DNA from: Carcharhinus amblyrhynchos
Taxonomy: Eukaryota
NCBI GenBank assembly: GCA_965287045.1
Contig: OZ336878.1
Span: 47,492,001 to 47,556,000 of the forward strand
Length of the DNA stretch: 64,000 nt
Reading direction: 5' to 3'
In this document: positions 36,201-49,603 of the stretch, piece after piece
Numbering within the stretch: position 1 is the stretch's first letter
How the letters are laid out: every line of letters begins with the position of its first letter
Notes under the pieces: generated by a model
The model's database searches: none
What the model saw: the letters and a program-made list of their open reading frames with translations, nothing else
Told to the model about the DNA's origin: nothing
Program-made: the position numbers and the translations under genes

Positions 36201-37408
36201 ATTTTTTCCCTTCAGGTAATTAACTAAGGCACCCTTCTACTATAATGTTAGTTCACATTTGAATCCTCTGCAGCAAAACTCACCTGCAACTTCATCCACC
36301 AGGGAGCTGTGTTAAGATCCCAGTTGGTGTTACTATTGGACAGGGAGGTCCCAGAATGGAAAACAGGTTCAGTAACGTTTCACTTTTCTTAGGAAAGTGT
36401 GAAGAAACGGAGTCACGGGATTGCTAATTAAAAATGAAGGCTGTGATTTAGCAGCCACAAGCGCAAATCCTGTCATGGCTGCTACATCTTGCGAGAGGCC
36501 AAAAATGGGAGTTCCATTGATGAGATTTTTGAACATGAGGAAAAGTAAAATACTGTGGATGGTGAAAATCTCAAATAAAACTAGAAGAAGGGTCATCACA
36601 ATTTGGAATGTTGTCTTCAAAAATGCTGTCTAACCTGCTGTGTATTGCCAGCACTTTCTGTTTTTACTTAATAAAGAATCATATCATTATCCTTTGCCTC
36701 TATTGTAATTATCTCTAACAGACCCTAATCTCCATAATTCCCTTTAAAACTAAATTATAATCAAAATGCTTCCCAATTGATATCCCTTCCATGTGCCCAG
36801 TTTCATTCCCTGAAACGGAGTCCAGAACGGTTTCTTTCTTATCAGGCTTGCTATTGTGGTTATAAAGTTTTGTTGCATGCACTTTAAGAATTCTGCACCC
36901 TCTGTGTTTTATAAATCTAGCTAAATGCAGTTTTTCACCTCTATTTGGATGATCTGAAGCCATGCTAATATCTGACATTATACAAGGGATATATATTAGA
37001 GATAAATAGCAACTTTGCAAACATATTTTCTTGATAGTAGCCAAAAGCGCATATTGGGAAATCATAGCCACATTTCCGTGATTTTCTTTTCAATAAAACT
37101 ATTAGATGGATAATTTTCAGAGTTTCATCCACAATTTCCCAATGTGTTACTGGTAAATTAATCTTTCTACTGGAACAACACTTATTAAAAACCAGCCTAC
37201 AGCACCAAACATCTGAAAACATTGTGGCAGAAGTTCGAAGGTTAGGATTTACAGTGGTTCATTGAGGGGAAAGGGGGCATATCCCATTTAGCATTTTTAA
37301 CTTAATTGATTGATTGTGCTCTTTAAGAGAGAGCAAGATTTGTAGCAATCCTTAAACTAAGGAAGAACAATCACCCTTTTTAAAAGCTCAAACTAAAAAT
37401 GTACATTT

Positions 37409-37953
37409 GGCTCAAATTTTACATTCTCACCTTTCCCATGCACAGGTTGGCAGCAAGATGGGGAATTGGGCAAAATAGTGGAGCTCCACGCCCTTACCTA
37501 CCCACTGTTGCTGGTATTTTGCCAGTGTCAGGGAAATATCAAGTAGCTCACTCACCCATGGATTCACTGAGGCCTTCAATTGACCAACTAATGCCCATGT
37601 AAGGGCTTGCTTCTGCCACCATTGGTATTTTAGCAGCGTTGGAGTTACCCATGCCAGATAGCAAGGCCTTGCTGCCAGCCTGGGGTGCAGAAGACCTCCT
37701 GTTTGGGCAACCTGTGCCCAAGTTGGTTCCCCAACTCCTGTGTGTTTCCATTCTCTCAGCCTTGCAGAAAGTGGCCACCAGCCCCTTACTGGGACCTGCC
37801 AGGCTGGCTGCGGTATAGCCCCAGATCTACCTCGCAGTCCACTTTGGTGGGAGCTGCCTGTAGTCCCATCAGTGGTGTTTCAGGTTCAAGACAGTTGCTG
37901 GCCAACATCTTTAAGGTTAGGACAGGGTTGTTGCCTCTGCATAAAATCCCCCC
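37409..37953. mobile_element. Harbinger-like MITE
   Basis: GGCTCAAATTTTAC / ATAAAATCCCCCC termini, GC-rich body. Confidence 0.45.
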
Positions 37954-39106
37954 TACGTTACTACTCCCTTATTTGTGTATATAATAATAACACTCAGCAT
38001 ATTACTTAATGCAAGGTAAATACAAAGAGCAAAGTCAATGCCAGCAATTGTATTTGTTAAGCTTTATGCATATTATTGAAAATATTTTACTAATTTATTG
38101 ATAGAAACAAGAATTTTATAACTTACAGTGTGATCTTCCATGGAAGGTATCCAACTTTCAGCAGACACTCTCTCGTAATAGACACCCCTCTCATACCCAT
38201 TCAAGTGACCACTCTCTCTCTACCTGTTGGACAGGATGGTTTCCATGCTCTGCGCAAAGCTCTGGAATGTATTGGAATTGGCCTTCTCCATTCTTACAAA
38301 CATTGTGCATACGCAGGCGCACATGGTATATCTAACATTTACCCATCTGCCTTCTTCAGTAGTTTCTGCAGAAACTTAACGGCACATCTCAGGAATGCTG
38401 GGCTTCTCATCCTGTAGTACCAGAGGCACACTTTCAGTATGAAACATGAAAAAGAAGAACAAGGTTAGGTTTTAGTGTGGAAGAGAAACAGAAGAAAAAA
38501 TGGCAGGAAAACAGTTGCAGTTTGCCACGGTGAAATGAAAGTAAGAAGGGCCATGGCGTGCAAGAGTAGAAACAAAGATAAACTTATTATGTGGCAGTGA
38601 TTTATTTGACTACATTCATTGCAATTCTGTGAAATAAACCTGCCTTGCTATCATACAAAGCAGCAGAGTACAGGTAATTAAGGTCACACTTTTCTGTGTC
38701 CTTTTTCAGAACATTACTGGCTGCACTCCTACCAATCCCATTCCTGACAAAGTATTGGGCTAGCTATAATTGAAGGTGATAATGGATACAATATTGATAC
38801 AGCATTGAGTTCTTCTGTTGGCTCTGTTGCTAGGTAACATTAAAATTTACTTCAAAATACAACTGTCTCAATAAACAATAATGGAAAACTTAATTAAACA
38901 TTCATTCAATGAAATACAAACACTAGAAACATCGCAAAGAGAGACGTAATCCAAAATTATCTTGATAGCTTACAGATCCTCCAACAAATCGAATAAGAAG
39001 AATGAGTCATAAACTGTCTCACACAAACATCTTAGTGCCTGATGGAACAATTAGTTAAAACGTATTTGTTCAAGATAAAAGCACGAAACTGGAAATGATT
39101 CTTCAC

Positions 39107-40300
39107 AGCAGATAAATGGGGCCATCTGTTGTACAGTTAACTCCTTGAAAAGTTGAAGTAAACAATGTATGTCAGAGGTAGTTGATTTTTAGCCCTGTGA
39201 ATTATGTCTCTATTACGTCAACCAGTGAAACTTAGATTTGAATGTTGTGACGGTTGGCCGCAAATGTGAAAAAACTAGTTCAAAGCTACGCAGGAATCCG
39301 GTGAAGTAATTGCACACAATTATCTGTAGTCAGGTTATTTGCTTAATAAGTCATGTATAACTTTGGCCTTTTGCAGGGAGGTATCTGAATGCATTGACCT
39401 GAAAATCCCATTCTACATATAATTAAATCCAAAGCTAAGTGGTTTCATCAGGAAACAACATTCCCTACAACCTTTGGAAAGGCACAGAAAACACTAACCC
39501 AATGTCAGCCTTTGTCAAGGCCTTTGAAGAGGTGAAAATAAATCCAAAGCAAACTGAAGTGAAAGAAAACCCAATATGAAAGAGCTAGAGTTGGCAGGTA
39601 AATGATGGAGCAGCCCAGCACATGACCTTCTGTTTTATGGCTGGTGAAGTGGATGCCAAGATGCATGTGATAAGTAGTCCTATTTGATACTCCATGCTAT
39701 CCTATTGACAGCAGGGCCATGACACAAAAATAATAGGGCTGTAGTGTCAGGAGCAGAGCCAGGCCTATATACATTACAGAATAAATGACAACTTGTCACA
39801 CATCTCTTGTGAGCCATAGCCTGTGCAGGAATGATGAGAGGGCTGGCAGGCAAGCAAACTCACACAATTGAACTGCCCAACGCCTGTTCAACCTCCAAAA
39901 ATTAGAAATGAAGTAAAACTGTCCTGATAAAGCTCTGAGCTCATTAGAAAAGCATGGCAACTCTAAATACTAGACACAAAGCTCCTGGCCACCAAAGCAG
40001 GAACACAAATGAAAAATAAAACTAACTGAGTGTTCTCAAATGCTCCTCCTATGATTACTAAAGTGCTCTCCTATAAGCAACACGGTTCCTAACAACTATA
40101 GGCAGCTCACCAAACAGAACAAGACCGTAGCAGATAAGTGGGGCCAGCTACTGTACAGTTAACTCTTTGAAAAGTTAAAGTAAACAATGTATGTCAGAGG
40201 CAGTTGACTTTTAGCCCTGTGAATTGTGTCCCTATTATGTCAACCGTTGAAAGTTCGATTTGAATATTGTGAGGGTTGGCCGCAAACGTGAAAGAACAAG
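39107..40300 (+). repeat. Diverged ~172 bp direct repeats (39107-39278 and 40129-40300)
   Basis: Shared TGTACAGTTAACTC.TTGAAAAGTT.AAGTAAACAATGTATGTCAGAGG..TTTTAGCCCTGTGAATT..GGTTGGCCGCAAA. Confidence 0.9.
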
Positions 40301-40894
40301 ATTTAACTCCAGGAGATTGATTTGAATAACAAAATACTGATATTTTACAGAAGTCTGTTAGCAAAATGGCAGTCGCCACTTGAACAGTTTAAAATTTGAT
40401 TGAAGGATTGCGCAAAATGCAATGGGCAGATCCAGCAAAACATATGTCTGCCCTTTTTCCAATCGGCAACATCTGAACGCTGTCATTTAGTTTAACAACT
40501 AACTTAATCAAAGATTCGCTAGTCACAGGAATTGGAAATAGCTTCTCCATTCATAGATATTCTTTGCCCAGTGTTATTTGTGACATACTGAAAGAATTCT
40601 TTATATTCAGGGTTCTCAAACCTTTCATTTCACAGGCCTCCTTCTTACATTATTAAAATCCCACTGTTCCTCCGAAATGTAACACAATAATTATTTCTGA
40701 CTAAAAAGTAGTTACATAACTATTTACCACTATTTTTGCTTTACCTACTTAATGTGAAACTTATTGCTGGTGCTTAGCAACAATTCTGTCAAGACTTGGA
40801 AATTTGAATTCTACATATGTCATATACTATTGCCCAATTTACTCAGCCTCACATCATAGGACAATTCTCTCATCTTCACAGTCAACCCGCTTTT

Positions 40895-41660
40895 ATTAAT
40901 TCATTCATGGGATATTGGTGTCACTGGCTAGGCCAGTATTTATTGCCCATCCCTACTTGTTCTTTAGAAGGTGGTGCTGCGCTGCTTTCTTGGTTCACGA
41001 TGTGGAGATGCCAGCATTGGAATGGTGTAAACACAGTAAGAAGTCTCACAAAACCAGGTTAAAACCCAACAGGTTTATTTGATAGCAAACACCACAAGCT
41101 TTTGGAATGCTGTTCCTTCAACAGGTGAGTGGAGAGTGTTTCTGATCAGAACTCTCCACTCACCTGTCAAAGGAACAGTGTTCCGAAAGCTTGTGGCGTT
41201 TACTATCAAATAAACCTGTTGGACTTTAACCTGGTGTTGTGAGACTTCTTCTTGAATCACTGCAGTCCATGGGGTGTAGGTACACCCATTGTGCTATTAA
41301 GGTGGAAATTCCTGGAATAAGACCCAGCAACGGTGAAGGAACGGTGATATATTTCCAAGTCAGGATGGTCAATGTTTAAGGGGAACTTTCAGGTGTGGTT
41401 TTCCAATTTGTCTGCTGCCCTTGTCCTTCCAGATGATAGTGATTATGGATTTAGAAGGCACGGCGATGAGTCCCTGCAGTGCATCTGACATACGGTGTAC
41501 ATGGCTGGTACTGCTTGTTGGTGGTGGAGGGTTTGAATGACTATGGAAGGGGTAGCAACCAAATGGGCTGATTTGTCCTGGATGGTGTCGAGCTTCTTGA
41601 GTGTTTTTGGAGCTGCACTCATCCAGGCGAGTGGGGAGTATTCCACCACACTCCTGACAT
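40895..41660 (-). mobile_element. CR1/L2-type LINE 3' end split by Penelope pLTRs
   Basis: VRSVVEYSPLAWMSAAPKTLKKLDTIQDKSAHL; tail GGGCAATAAATACTGGCCTAGCCAGTGAC..CCCATGAATGAAT. Confidence 0.8.
40999..41250. mobile_element. Head-to-head inverted Penelope pLTR pair with two decayed hammerheads
   Basis: Palindromic about TTCTGATCAGAA (~41140-41151); cores CTGTTGA and CTGTCAA mutated. Confidence 0.85.
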
Positions 41661-41809
41661 GATTGGTGGAGTTACATTTTTTTCTTGGTAAAATGGGAAT
41701 GGGTGCGAAAACAGGTGCCATTTCCGCTAGCTGCATCATGCCTGATTTTACAACATTTTCCTGCCGCAAAAGGGGTGCAATGAGGTCGTAAAATTCCACC
41801 CAATGTTTC

Positions 41810-42826
41810 AATGAGGCCAGTCACCAGTGGAGTGCCCCAGGGATCTGTTCTAGGACCCTTGCTGTTTGTCATTTTCATAAATGACCTAGATGAGGAAGTG
41901 GAGGGATGGGTAAGTAAGTTCGCCGATGACACGAAGGTCAGTGGTGTTGTGGATGGTCTGGAAGGATGTCAAAAGTTGCAGCAGGACATAGATAGGATGC
42001 AAGACTGGGCGGAGAAGTGGCTGATGGACTTCAACACAGATAAATGTGTAGTGGTCCATTTTGGCAGGACCAATGGGATGAACGAGTACACTATCAAGGG
42101 CAGGAGTTTTAGCAGTGTTGAAGAGCAGAAGGATCTTGGGGTCCAGGTCCACAGGACTCTTAAATCGGCCTCGCAGGTGGAGGATGTGGTCAAGAAGGTG
42201 TATGGTGTACTGGCCTTCATTAATCGAGGGATTGAGTTTAGGAATCGGGAGGTAATGCTGCAACTTTATAAGTCCCTTGTCAGGCCCCACTTGGAGCACT
42301 GTGCGCAGTTCTGGTCGCCTCACTATAGGAAGGACGTAGAAGCTATTGAAAGGGTACAGAGGAGATTTACAAGGATGTTGCCTGGATTGGGAGGCATGCC
42401 TTATGGAGATAGGTTGAGGGAGCTGGGACTCTTCTCCCTGGAGAGATGAAGGTTGAGAGGCGACCTGATAGAGGTTTATAAAATGTTGAGAGGAATATAT
42501 AGGGTGGATTCTCAGAGGCTATTTCCCCGGGTTGAAATGGTCGCTACAAGAGGACACAGATTTAAAGTGCAGGGAAGCAAGTACAGAGGTGATGTTAGGG
42601 GTAAGTTTTTCACTCAGAGGGTGGTGAGTGAATGGAATCGGCTGCCGTCAGTGGTGGTGGAGGCGAACTCGCTGGGGTCTTTTAAAAGACTTCTGGATGA
42701 GTATATGGGATTTAATGGGATTGGGGGTTATAGATAGGTCCATGGATTGCTAGGTATTGATGTGATCAGCGCAACTTGTGGGCCGAAGGGCCTGTGTGTG
42801 CTGTAGTGTTCTATGTTCTATGTTCT
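41810..42826 (+). mobile_element. Young CR1 LINE 3' portion (RT)
   Basis: 212-aa ORF SGVPQGSVLGPLLF..KFADDTK..WSPHYRKD; (GTTCTAT)n tail. Confidence 0.95.
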
Positions 42827-43974
42827 AAATCTGTATTACTCATATCCAACAGGTTGTCCAGCATTTTCTGTTTTTGTTTCAGATTTCCAGCAACCACTGT
42901 ATTTTGCTTTTAGTTGGATAGAACAGAGGAAGCTATGGGGTGACCTAATTGAAGTGTACAAAATTGTGAGGGGCCTAGGCAGCTTGGATAAGAAAATCTT
43001 GCTTCCCCTAGCTGAGCGCTCAATTGCTAGGAGCATGAATTTAATGTGTCGTAGGGCAATATTGAGGATTGTGTCTTTTATATTTTAAAATATATGTCCG
43101 TTCATATTTTATTTAATTTCAGTATAATACATGCAGGGCTACATAGAGCAAGCCCAGAGAGTCCAGCCTCACCAGAGGGAAGGAAATAGTTAATGCAGAC
43201 AGTAGAGGTCTGCTCTACCAATAGATAACGATTAATGCATGCTGTCAACTTCTGGTGTGCAGGAGATCGCTCCGAATTATCATGACAATGGGAGAATTGG
43301 CATTAAGACAGCCAGGCTCCATATAGTCTAGGAAGAATATAGTCTTCCATAAAAAATGATCATCCAGCAGAGGGGGATAATGATTAACACATCAGTGCAA
43401 ATCAGTTGGGCAAATACAACGCTTTGGCAATATAATCAGGTAAATGGAACTGCCGAAGAAACTAATTAACTAACTAACAAAGTTGTCCTGAACAATGCAT
43501 AATGAAATTAAAAGAACCATTTTGTATCCAACTTGAGGAATTAATATGCTAACATAAACCTTTGTGACTCAAAACAGTATATTACCCTGTACCAATCTAC
43601 CAGGGGCAGAGGGGACTCGCAGGTAACCTGGGATTTCAGGCCTGAGTTCAGCTGTCCCTCATGCTTGTGGAACAAAAGCTTTTCTTGAAGTTCAACACAG
43701 TCTCCAAAGCTCAATTTATTTTATTTCCCTCCTACAAATGTGATTGGTAAAGCATTAGAGGGGACATAAGGAAAACCCTCTGCATCCAGAGAGTGTGGGT
43801 GCCTTTAATTCACTGCCTAAGTTGGTGGTTGAACCTGAAATGCTCAACTTATTAGAAACATACCTGGATCTGTGTCTGAAGAGCTGTAACCAGCAAGCTT
43901 ATGGACAGGGGCAAACACAATAAGTTGAATGGCCTCTCCCTACATGGAGGAGGACAAGTCTTCTATGGTTCCAC

Positions 43975-44680
43975 AGAATGTTACTTGTCACTTGTCAGCC
44001 CAAACACAGATATTGTCCAAGTCTTGTTGCATTTGGAGATGGACTGCTTCAGCATGAGTCATCATGACTTGTGCTGAACATTGTGCAGTCATCAGCAAAC
44101 ATCCCTATTTCTGATTTTACAATGAAAGGAATGTGATTGATGAAGCAGCTAAAGATAGTTGGGCCTAGGACATTGCCCTGATGAACTCCTGCATGATGTC
44201 TTGGAACTGAGATGATTGATTTCCAATAACCACAACCATCTTCCTTTGTACTAGAAATTACTCCAACTGGTAGAGAGTGTTCCCTCTGATTTCCAGTGAC
44301 TCCAGTTTTGCTAGGGCTCCATGATGCATACTCAGTCAAATGCTGCCTTGATGTCAAAGGCAGTCACTCTCATCTCACCTCTGGAGTTCAGCTCTTTTGT
44401 CCATGTTTGGACCTAGGCTGTAATGAGGTCAGCTGAGTGACCTGGTGGTCAGGAAAGAATTTCCAGGCTTTTGACCTAGTGAAAGTGAAGGAATGGCAAT
44501 CTATTTTGAAGTCAAGATGGTGTGTGCCTTGGAGGGAACTTGAAATCTTAAAAACAATGGTGTTCCTATGCATCTGCTGCCCTTGTCCTTCTAGGTAGTA
44601 GAGACTACAGTTGGATAGTGCAGTAGAAGAAGCCTTGGTGATTTGCTGCAATGTCTAGAAGATGATACACACTGCTGTCA
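43975..44680 (-). mobile_element. CR1/L2-type LINE RT fragment
   Basis: AGVHQGNVLGPTIFSCFIN..GMFADDCTMFS. Confidence 0.8.
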
Positions 44681-45776
44681 CTAGAAAATCTTTACTCTAC
44701 CATCTCCATCGCAAATATTTCCTATGGCAAGTCACATTGCATAAAGGCACTTCTCCAAAAATCTCCCTTTACATAAAAAACCAACCTGCATATAATATTG
44801 CCTGCAGTTGCAAGTCAGGTACGTACGAGGTCTGTAATGAAAATTAGCACGCATGCACAGAAAGTGAGCTTTTGCCTGCCCCTGACAATGCATTATATAA
44901 AGACTCAAATTTTCAACACAATACTGGCTCTCTGCCGTGGTGAAAATCCTAAATCCAACCCCCAAACTCAACTCAATAGAATCATCGATATCAGTTCATC
45001 TAACTTCCAGTAGTCTGAATTGTAGTAGATAGTGTCAACATTAACAATTCCAAAAAGAGTGAAGGAGTCTACTCCAAACTTCATCCTTGCTTTTCAAACA
45101 CTTGCTGTTTATATTTCAGTGTTTCAGTATCCATGGTATTTTGATTTTACATTAGACTCAATTCCTTGCATGGATGAATTTCATCATCTATCTCTCTTTC
45201 AACACCTTTTGAATAATGGTTCCAGTTCCTTTGTACAAGATGCCATGGTGGGCAATCACTGCATCTCTGTAAGTCCAATACTCTCACAGCAACTGGCATA
45301 TCCTTGATGGTTTCCAGCCATCTTTTTGTCACTACTGTATGGAGAACTTGGAGAGTTGCATCTGTTGCATAGTTTACTTGATCTGAGCAAGAAGCTTGCT
45401 TGTCAGATTTAATATCTCTATTGGGTCGATGACTCCCAGAGCATGTGGTGCTGTTGTTTCTAGTTGAATCTGGAAGATTTCACACTCTGTGCTAGTATCA
45501 TCAACTGCATTCAAAGGGAACGTAGCTCTTCACAGCATGTCAGCCGTGAACATCTGCTTTCCCTGCTTGCACTTCCCTTCCAAATGATACCTTTGCAGCA
45601 ACCCACTTTATCGGCTTGATGTTCTTCTTTCCAGCAAAACAGTTGTGTGCAAAGTGACTCAGCTTCTTGCAGCTACAGCACTACTTCCCTTTTTTCCTCT
45701 TCATTTGTTCTCTGCCATCTTTACAATCTGTAATCTTGATCTTTCTGCTGGCCCTTTTGTAATATTTCTTCCTTTT

Positions 45777-46114
45777 CATAGAATCATAGAACCCTATAGT
45801 GCAGAAAGAGGCCCTTCAGCCCTTCGAGTCTGCACCGAACACAATCCCACCCAGGCCCTACCCCCATATCCCCACATATTTACCCACTAATCCCTCTAAC
45901 CTACACATCCCTAGACACTAACGGGCAACTTCTTTGCATGGCAATCAACCTAACCCGCACATTTTTGGACTGTGGGAGGAAACCAGAGTACTGGATGAAA
46001 CCCATGTGGACACGAGGAGAATATGCAAACTCCACACAGACAGTGACCCGAGCCAGGAATTGAACCCAGGAGCTGTGAAGCAGCAGTACTAACCACTATG
46101 CTACTGTGCCGCCC
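45777..46114 (-). mobile_element. HE1-like V-SINE
   Basis: Full-length reverse complement copy. Confidence 0.9.
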
Positions 46115-46351
46115 ATTGTCTTGTGCTTGTAACTCAGCACAGTGCAAATCCTTATCAGCTACCCCATCAATATTTGCCAGCTGATGGTTAACAATATCAG
46201 AGCCTCTGCACATATCAATTGCTTTCTTGAGAGTCAGGTTCTTTTCTCTCAGCAGATGTGTTCTTCCACCAGGATCTCTTATTCCTAAAACAATCCCAAC
46301 TCTGATCAGATCATGCTTCTGTTGCTCAAGTTCACCTGAATCAGCTACAGT

Positions 46352-46567
46352 TAGAAGTCTGACAACACCACGTTAAAGTTCAACAGATTTATTTGGAATC
46401 ACAAGCTTTCGGAGCGCTACTTCTTCCTCAGGCTCCTTCTTTACTCACCTGAGGAAGGAGCAGTGCTCCGCAAGCTTCTGATTCCAATAAACCTGTTGGA
46501 CTTTAACCTGGTGTTGTGAGACTTCCTACTGTGCCCACCCCAGTCCAACGCTGGCATCTCCACATCA
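46352..46567. mobile_element. Head-to-head inverted Penelope pLTR pair with hammerhead remnants
   Basis: Plus CAC-CTGAGGA-A-GGAGC(AGT)GCTCC-GCAAGCTT; minus CTGAGGA..CCGAAAGCTTGTG. Confidence 0.85.
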
Positions 46568-46934
46568 CAATCCAGCTAGACAATTCAGAGCAGTCACATA
46601 CTGGTCAATATTCTGTCTCTCTCCCTCAGTTCTGGCATTGAACATGAAGCATTCAGAAATAGCATTAGGGTTGTCAAGGCTCTAAAATTTCACAAAACTG
46701 TTTCTTCCTGGTTCAATTAAACTTTTTCCTCAGCACTCATGCTCTTTATTTGTTCAAGTTTCTTGTTCAACTCTGGCAATTTCACAGTTTTGTGATTAGA
46801 TTCAAAGAATTTCCAATTTATTTTCAAAACTGTCACCTTCCCCACCGGAGCCGGTACTGGAAATTCAGAGACATATAGACTCACCCATTGACCAATCTCC
46901 CTGTAGAAAGTTGCAGAATGACACTTTACTTATA

Positions 46935-47452
46935 ACATAAAACATAGAATATTACAGCGCAGAACAGGCCCTTCGGCCCACGATGTTGCGCCGACCAGTT
47001 AAAAAACAATGACCCTCTAACCTAAACCAATCCCTTTTCATCCATAAACCTATCCACGGATCTCTTAAACGCCCCCAAACTAGGCGCATTTACAACTGCA
47101 GCAGGCAGGGCATTCCAATCCCTCACCACCCTCTGGGTAAAGAACCTACCTCTGACATCCGTCCTATAACTACCCCCCCTTAATTTAAAGCCATGCCCCC
47201 TCGTGCTAGCTTTCTCCATCCGAGGAAAAACGCTATCACTATCCACCCTATCTAAACCTCTAATCATCTTATATGTTTCAATAAGATCCCTTCTTAGCCG
47301 CCTTCTTTCTAGCGAAAACAACCCCAAATCCCTCAGTCTCTCCTCATAGGACTTCCCCTCCATACCAGGCAACATCCTGGTAAACCTCCTCTGCACCCTC
47401 TCCAAAGCCTCCACATCCTTCCTATAATGTGGGGACCAGAACGGCACACAAT
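46935..47452 (-). mobile_element. Young CR1 LINE 3' end
   Basis: FWSPHYRKDVEALERVQRRFTRMLPGMEGKSYEERL. Confidence 0.92.
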
Positions 47453-48064
47453 TCTCTGCTCTTACAGCTATCAAAATCCATTCAATTTCAGCTACACACT
47501 TCTGACACCGTGTTCCAAATAGTAGCTGAAATGGCTTCTGCTCTATACCAAGGATGATATCAGAGGTCACACAACTTTGACAAGCCTATGCACAAAGGCA
47601 TCTCCTCAGACATCATTCTTATTTTTCTACTCCAGTCGCCTTGAAATAAAGACCAACAGCATGCAGTTTGCCTTCCTAATTGCTCACTTTAATCAACATG
47701 CTAACTTTCTCTGTTTCTTGCACACTTCTGTCTGGTAAGGATAGAGATTGGAAGCCACATCTGTTTATATTTCTTGTCATTAATTCAGTAGAAATTTTGA
47801 TCTCTAATTGTCCCTCTCTTGTCAACTCCCAATGAGGCTATTGCCTTCATTAACTCTCACAGAACCGAGAAGAATCTGAGCAGCTGAATTCTTGCTGTAC
47901 TCTCTCTGAATATGTTTACCTATAATTAGTTCCATTGGCATCGGAGTCTTTCATTGCATTTTATATTCTTGAGAATGAATAGTTGTATGAAAGAGGTTTT
48001 CATCAGCCCATGATTGTAAATTCTGACATTCAGTTACTGAAACTTTGCAGGAGAGGCAGGGGTT

Positions 48065-48423
48065 TTTTTAAACATTCATGGGACATGGGCATCGCTGCTT
48101 GGGGCTAGCATTTATTGCCCATCCCTGGTTGCCCTTGGAAGGTAGTTGAGAGTCAACCACATTGCTGTGGCTCTGGAATCACATGTAGGTCAGGCCAGGT
48201 AAGAACACCATAGTTCCTTCCCTAAAATGTTAGTGAACAAGATGGGTTTTTCCAACAATTGACAATGGTTTCATGGTCATCAATAGATTATTAATTCCAG
48301 ATATTTTTTAATCAATTCAAATTCCACCATTTACCGTGACGGGATTCAAACACGGGTCATCAGAACATGAGCTGAGTTTCTGGATTAATATGCAATGATA
48401 ATATCATTAGGCCATCACCTCCC
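48065..48423 (-). mobile_element. tRNA-headed SINE with tail shared with the CR1/L2-type LINE
   Basis: Minus head GGAGGTGATGGCCTAATG..GTTTGAATCCC; tail GGGCAATAAATGCT..GCCCATGTCCCATGAATG as at 40.9 kb. Confidence 0.75.
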
Positions 48424-49304
48424 TTGAATCGGCGTGACATTGAGAAACACAATATCAACAGATAACCTGAGCAACAATTTAACCTGCTTCTCCTTGGTCA
48501 CCAGACCCAATCATAGAGCCGTCAACTGAATGGGAATTGAAGGAGATCAGTCATCTATCTCTGTGTAGTTCAGGGCAAGGAACAGTCTTGAACTCCACTA
48601 AAATAAATAAATCAGAGGCTGAATTATGCTCAATGTAAAATCTTTAATACTGAAGTTCCAAACAGAGCCTTGGATTATTTGGGATTTATTTGACATTAAA
48701 CTTTTTATTTTGTGTCAGTTTTATTTTTTGGAGGAGGCCTTGAAACGTTCTCATGGATGCCTAGTTGAAAACTTTTGCTTTATGACGATCATTTCATTAA
48801 ATGAGACAAGAAAAACAGCAACAAAAGCAAATTGTTTTTACCATTTGTCTATCAGGCATTCAAGTGCAGTTTGAAAATATATATTAAACATTAAGCAATT
48901 TTTTCACATAAACATATTCCCACTGCGTAAACTTACTTGATTTATTTGAGAAGCCGAGGTAAAGAGCTACAGTTCATAATACAACACATTCGCAAAGTAG
49001 AAAAGAGTGCAAGACAAGGTAAAATAATGCACTGAGGTTAATTGACACCCAACATACGCTTTAACATCCTATAAATTGATGGAGAAAGGAATCCTTGAAT
49101 ATATTCAACTCAAAAATATCCTCCTGGCTCATACAACTTTTTGATGCATAGTTTACACAGAACAGAAACGGATCATTTGATCCAATCAGTATATTAACAT
49201 GTCATGGCCCTCTACATAAGGATGTGGCTGTTGCTAAAAACTCTGCTGCCATAATGAAGAGGGAGAAATAACTTAATCAATTGTTTTAGTTAATGAAGCA
49301 CAGC

Positions 49305-49603
49305 AGGCAGCACAGTGGCACAGTGGTTAGCACTGCTGGCTCACAGGGACCCAGAGACCAACTCTCGGCTTGGGTCACTGTGCAGAGTCTACACGTTGTC
49401 CCCATGCCTGCGTGGATTTCCTCTGGGTGCTCCAGTTTTCTCCCACAGTCTAATGAATGTGCTGGCTAGGTGTATTGACCATACTAAATTCTCCTTTAGT
49501 GTACCCGAACAGGCACTAGATTGTGGCGACTAGAGGATTTTCACAGTAATTTCATTGCAGTGTTAATGTAAGATTACTTGTGAATAATAAATAAACTTAA
49601 CTT
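49305..49603 (+). mobile_element. V-SINE with a non-CR1 (probably L2-type) tail
   Basis: Same head as HE1-like copies but tail GGCGACTAGAGGATTTTCACAGTAA..AATAAATAAAC. Confidence 0.8.

Larger units (their letters stand above)
45040..47580 (-). mobile_element. Mag-like Gypsy LTR retrotransposon relic with nested SINE, Penelope and CR1
   Basis: PBS-like (C/T)GGTGTCAGAAGTG near 47500; gag IVLGIRD..LLREKNLTLKKAIDMCRG; RNase H LQRYHL..KQGKQMFTADML.RA. Confidence 0.7.

Noticed and set aside
36715-37071. 118-aa ORF in unique sequence
   Set aside because: No recognisable domain or convincing splice-site pair.
38224-38413. Two short exon-like blocks on minus (MRSPAFLRCAVKFLQK; MEKANSNTFQSFAQSMETILSN)
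   Set aside because: The gap is too short for a typical intron and the sequence resembles a decayed Harbinger second ORF.
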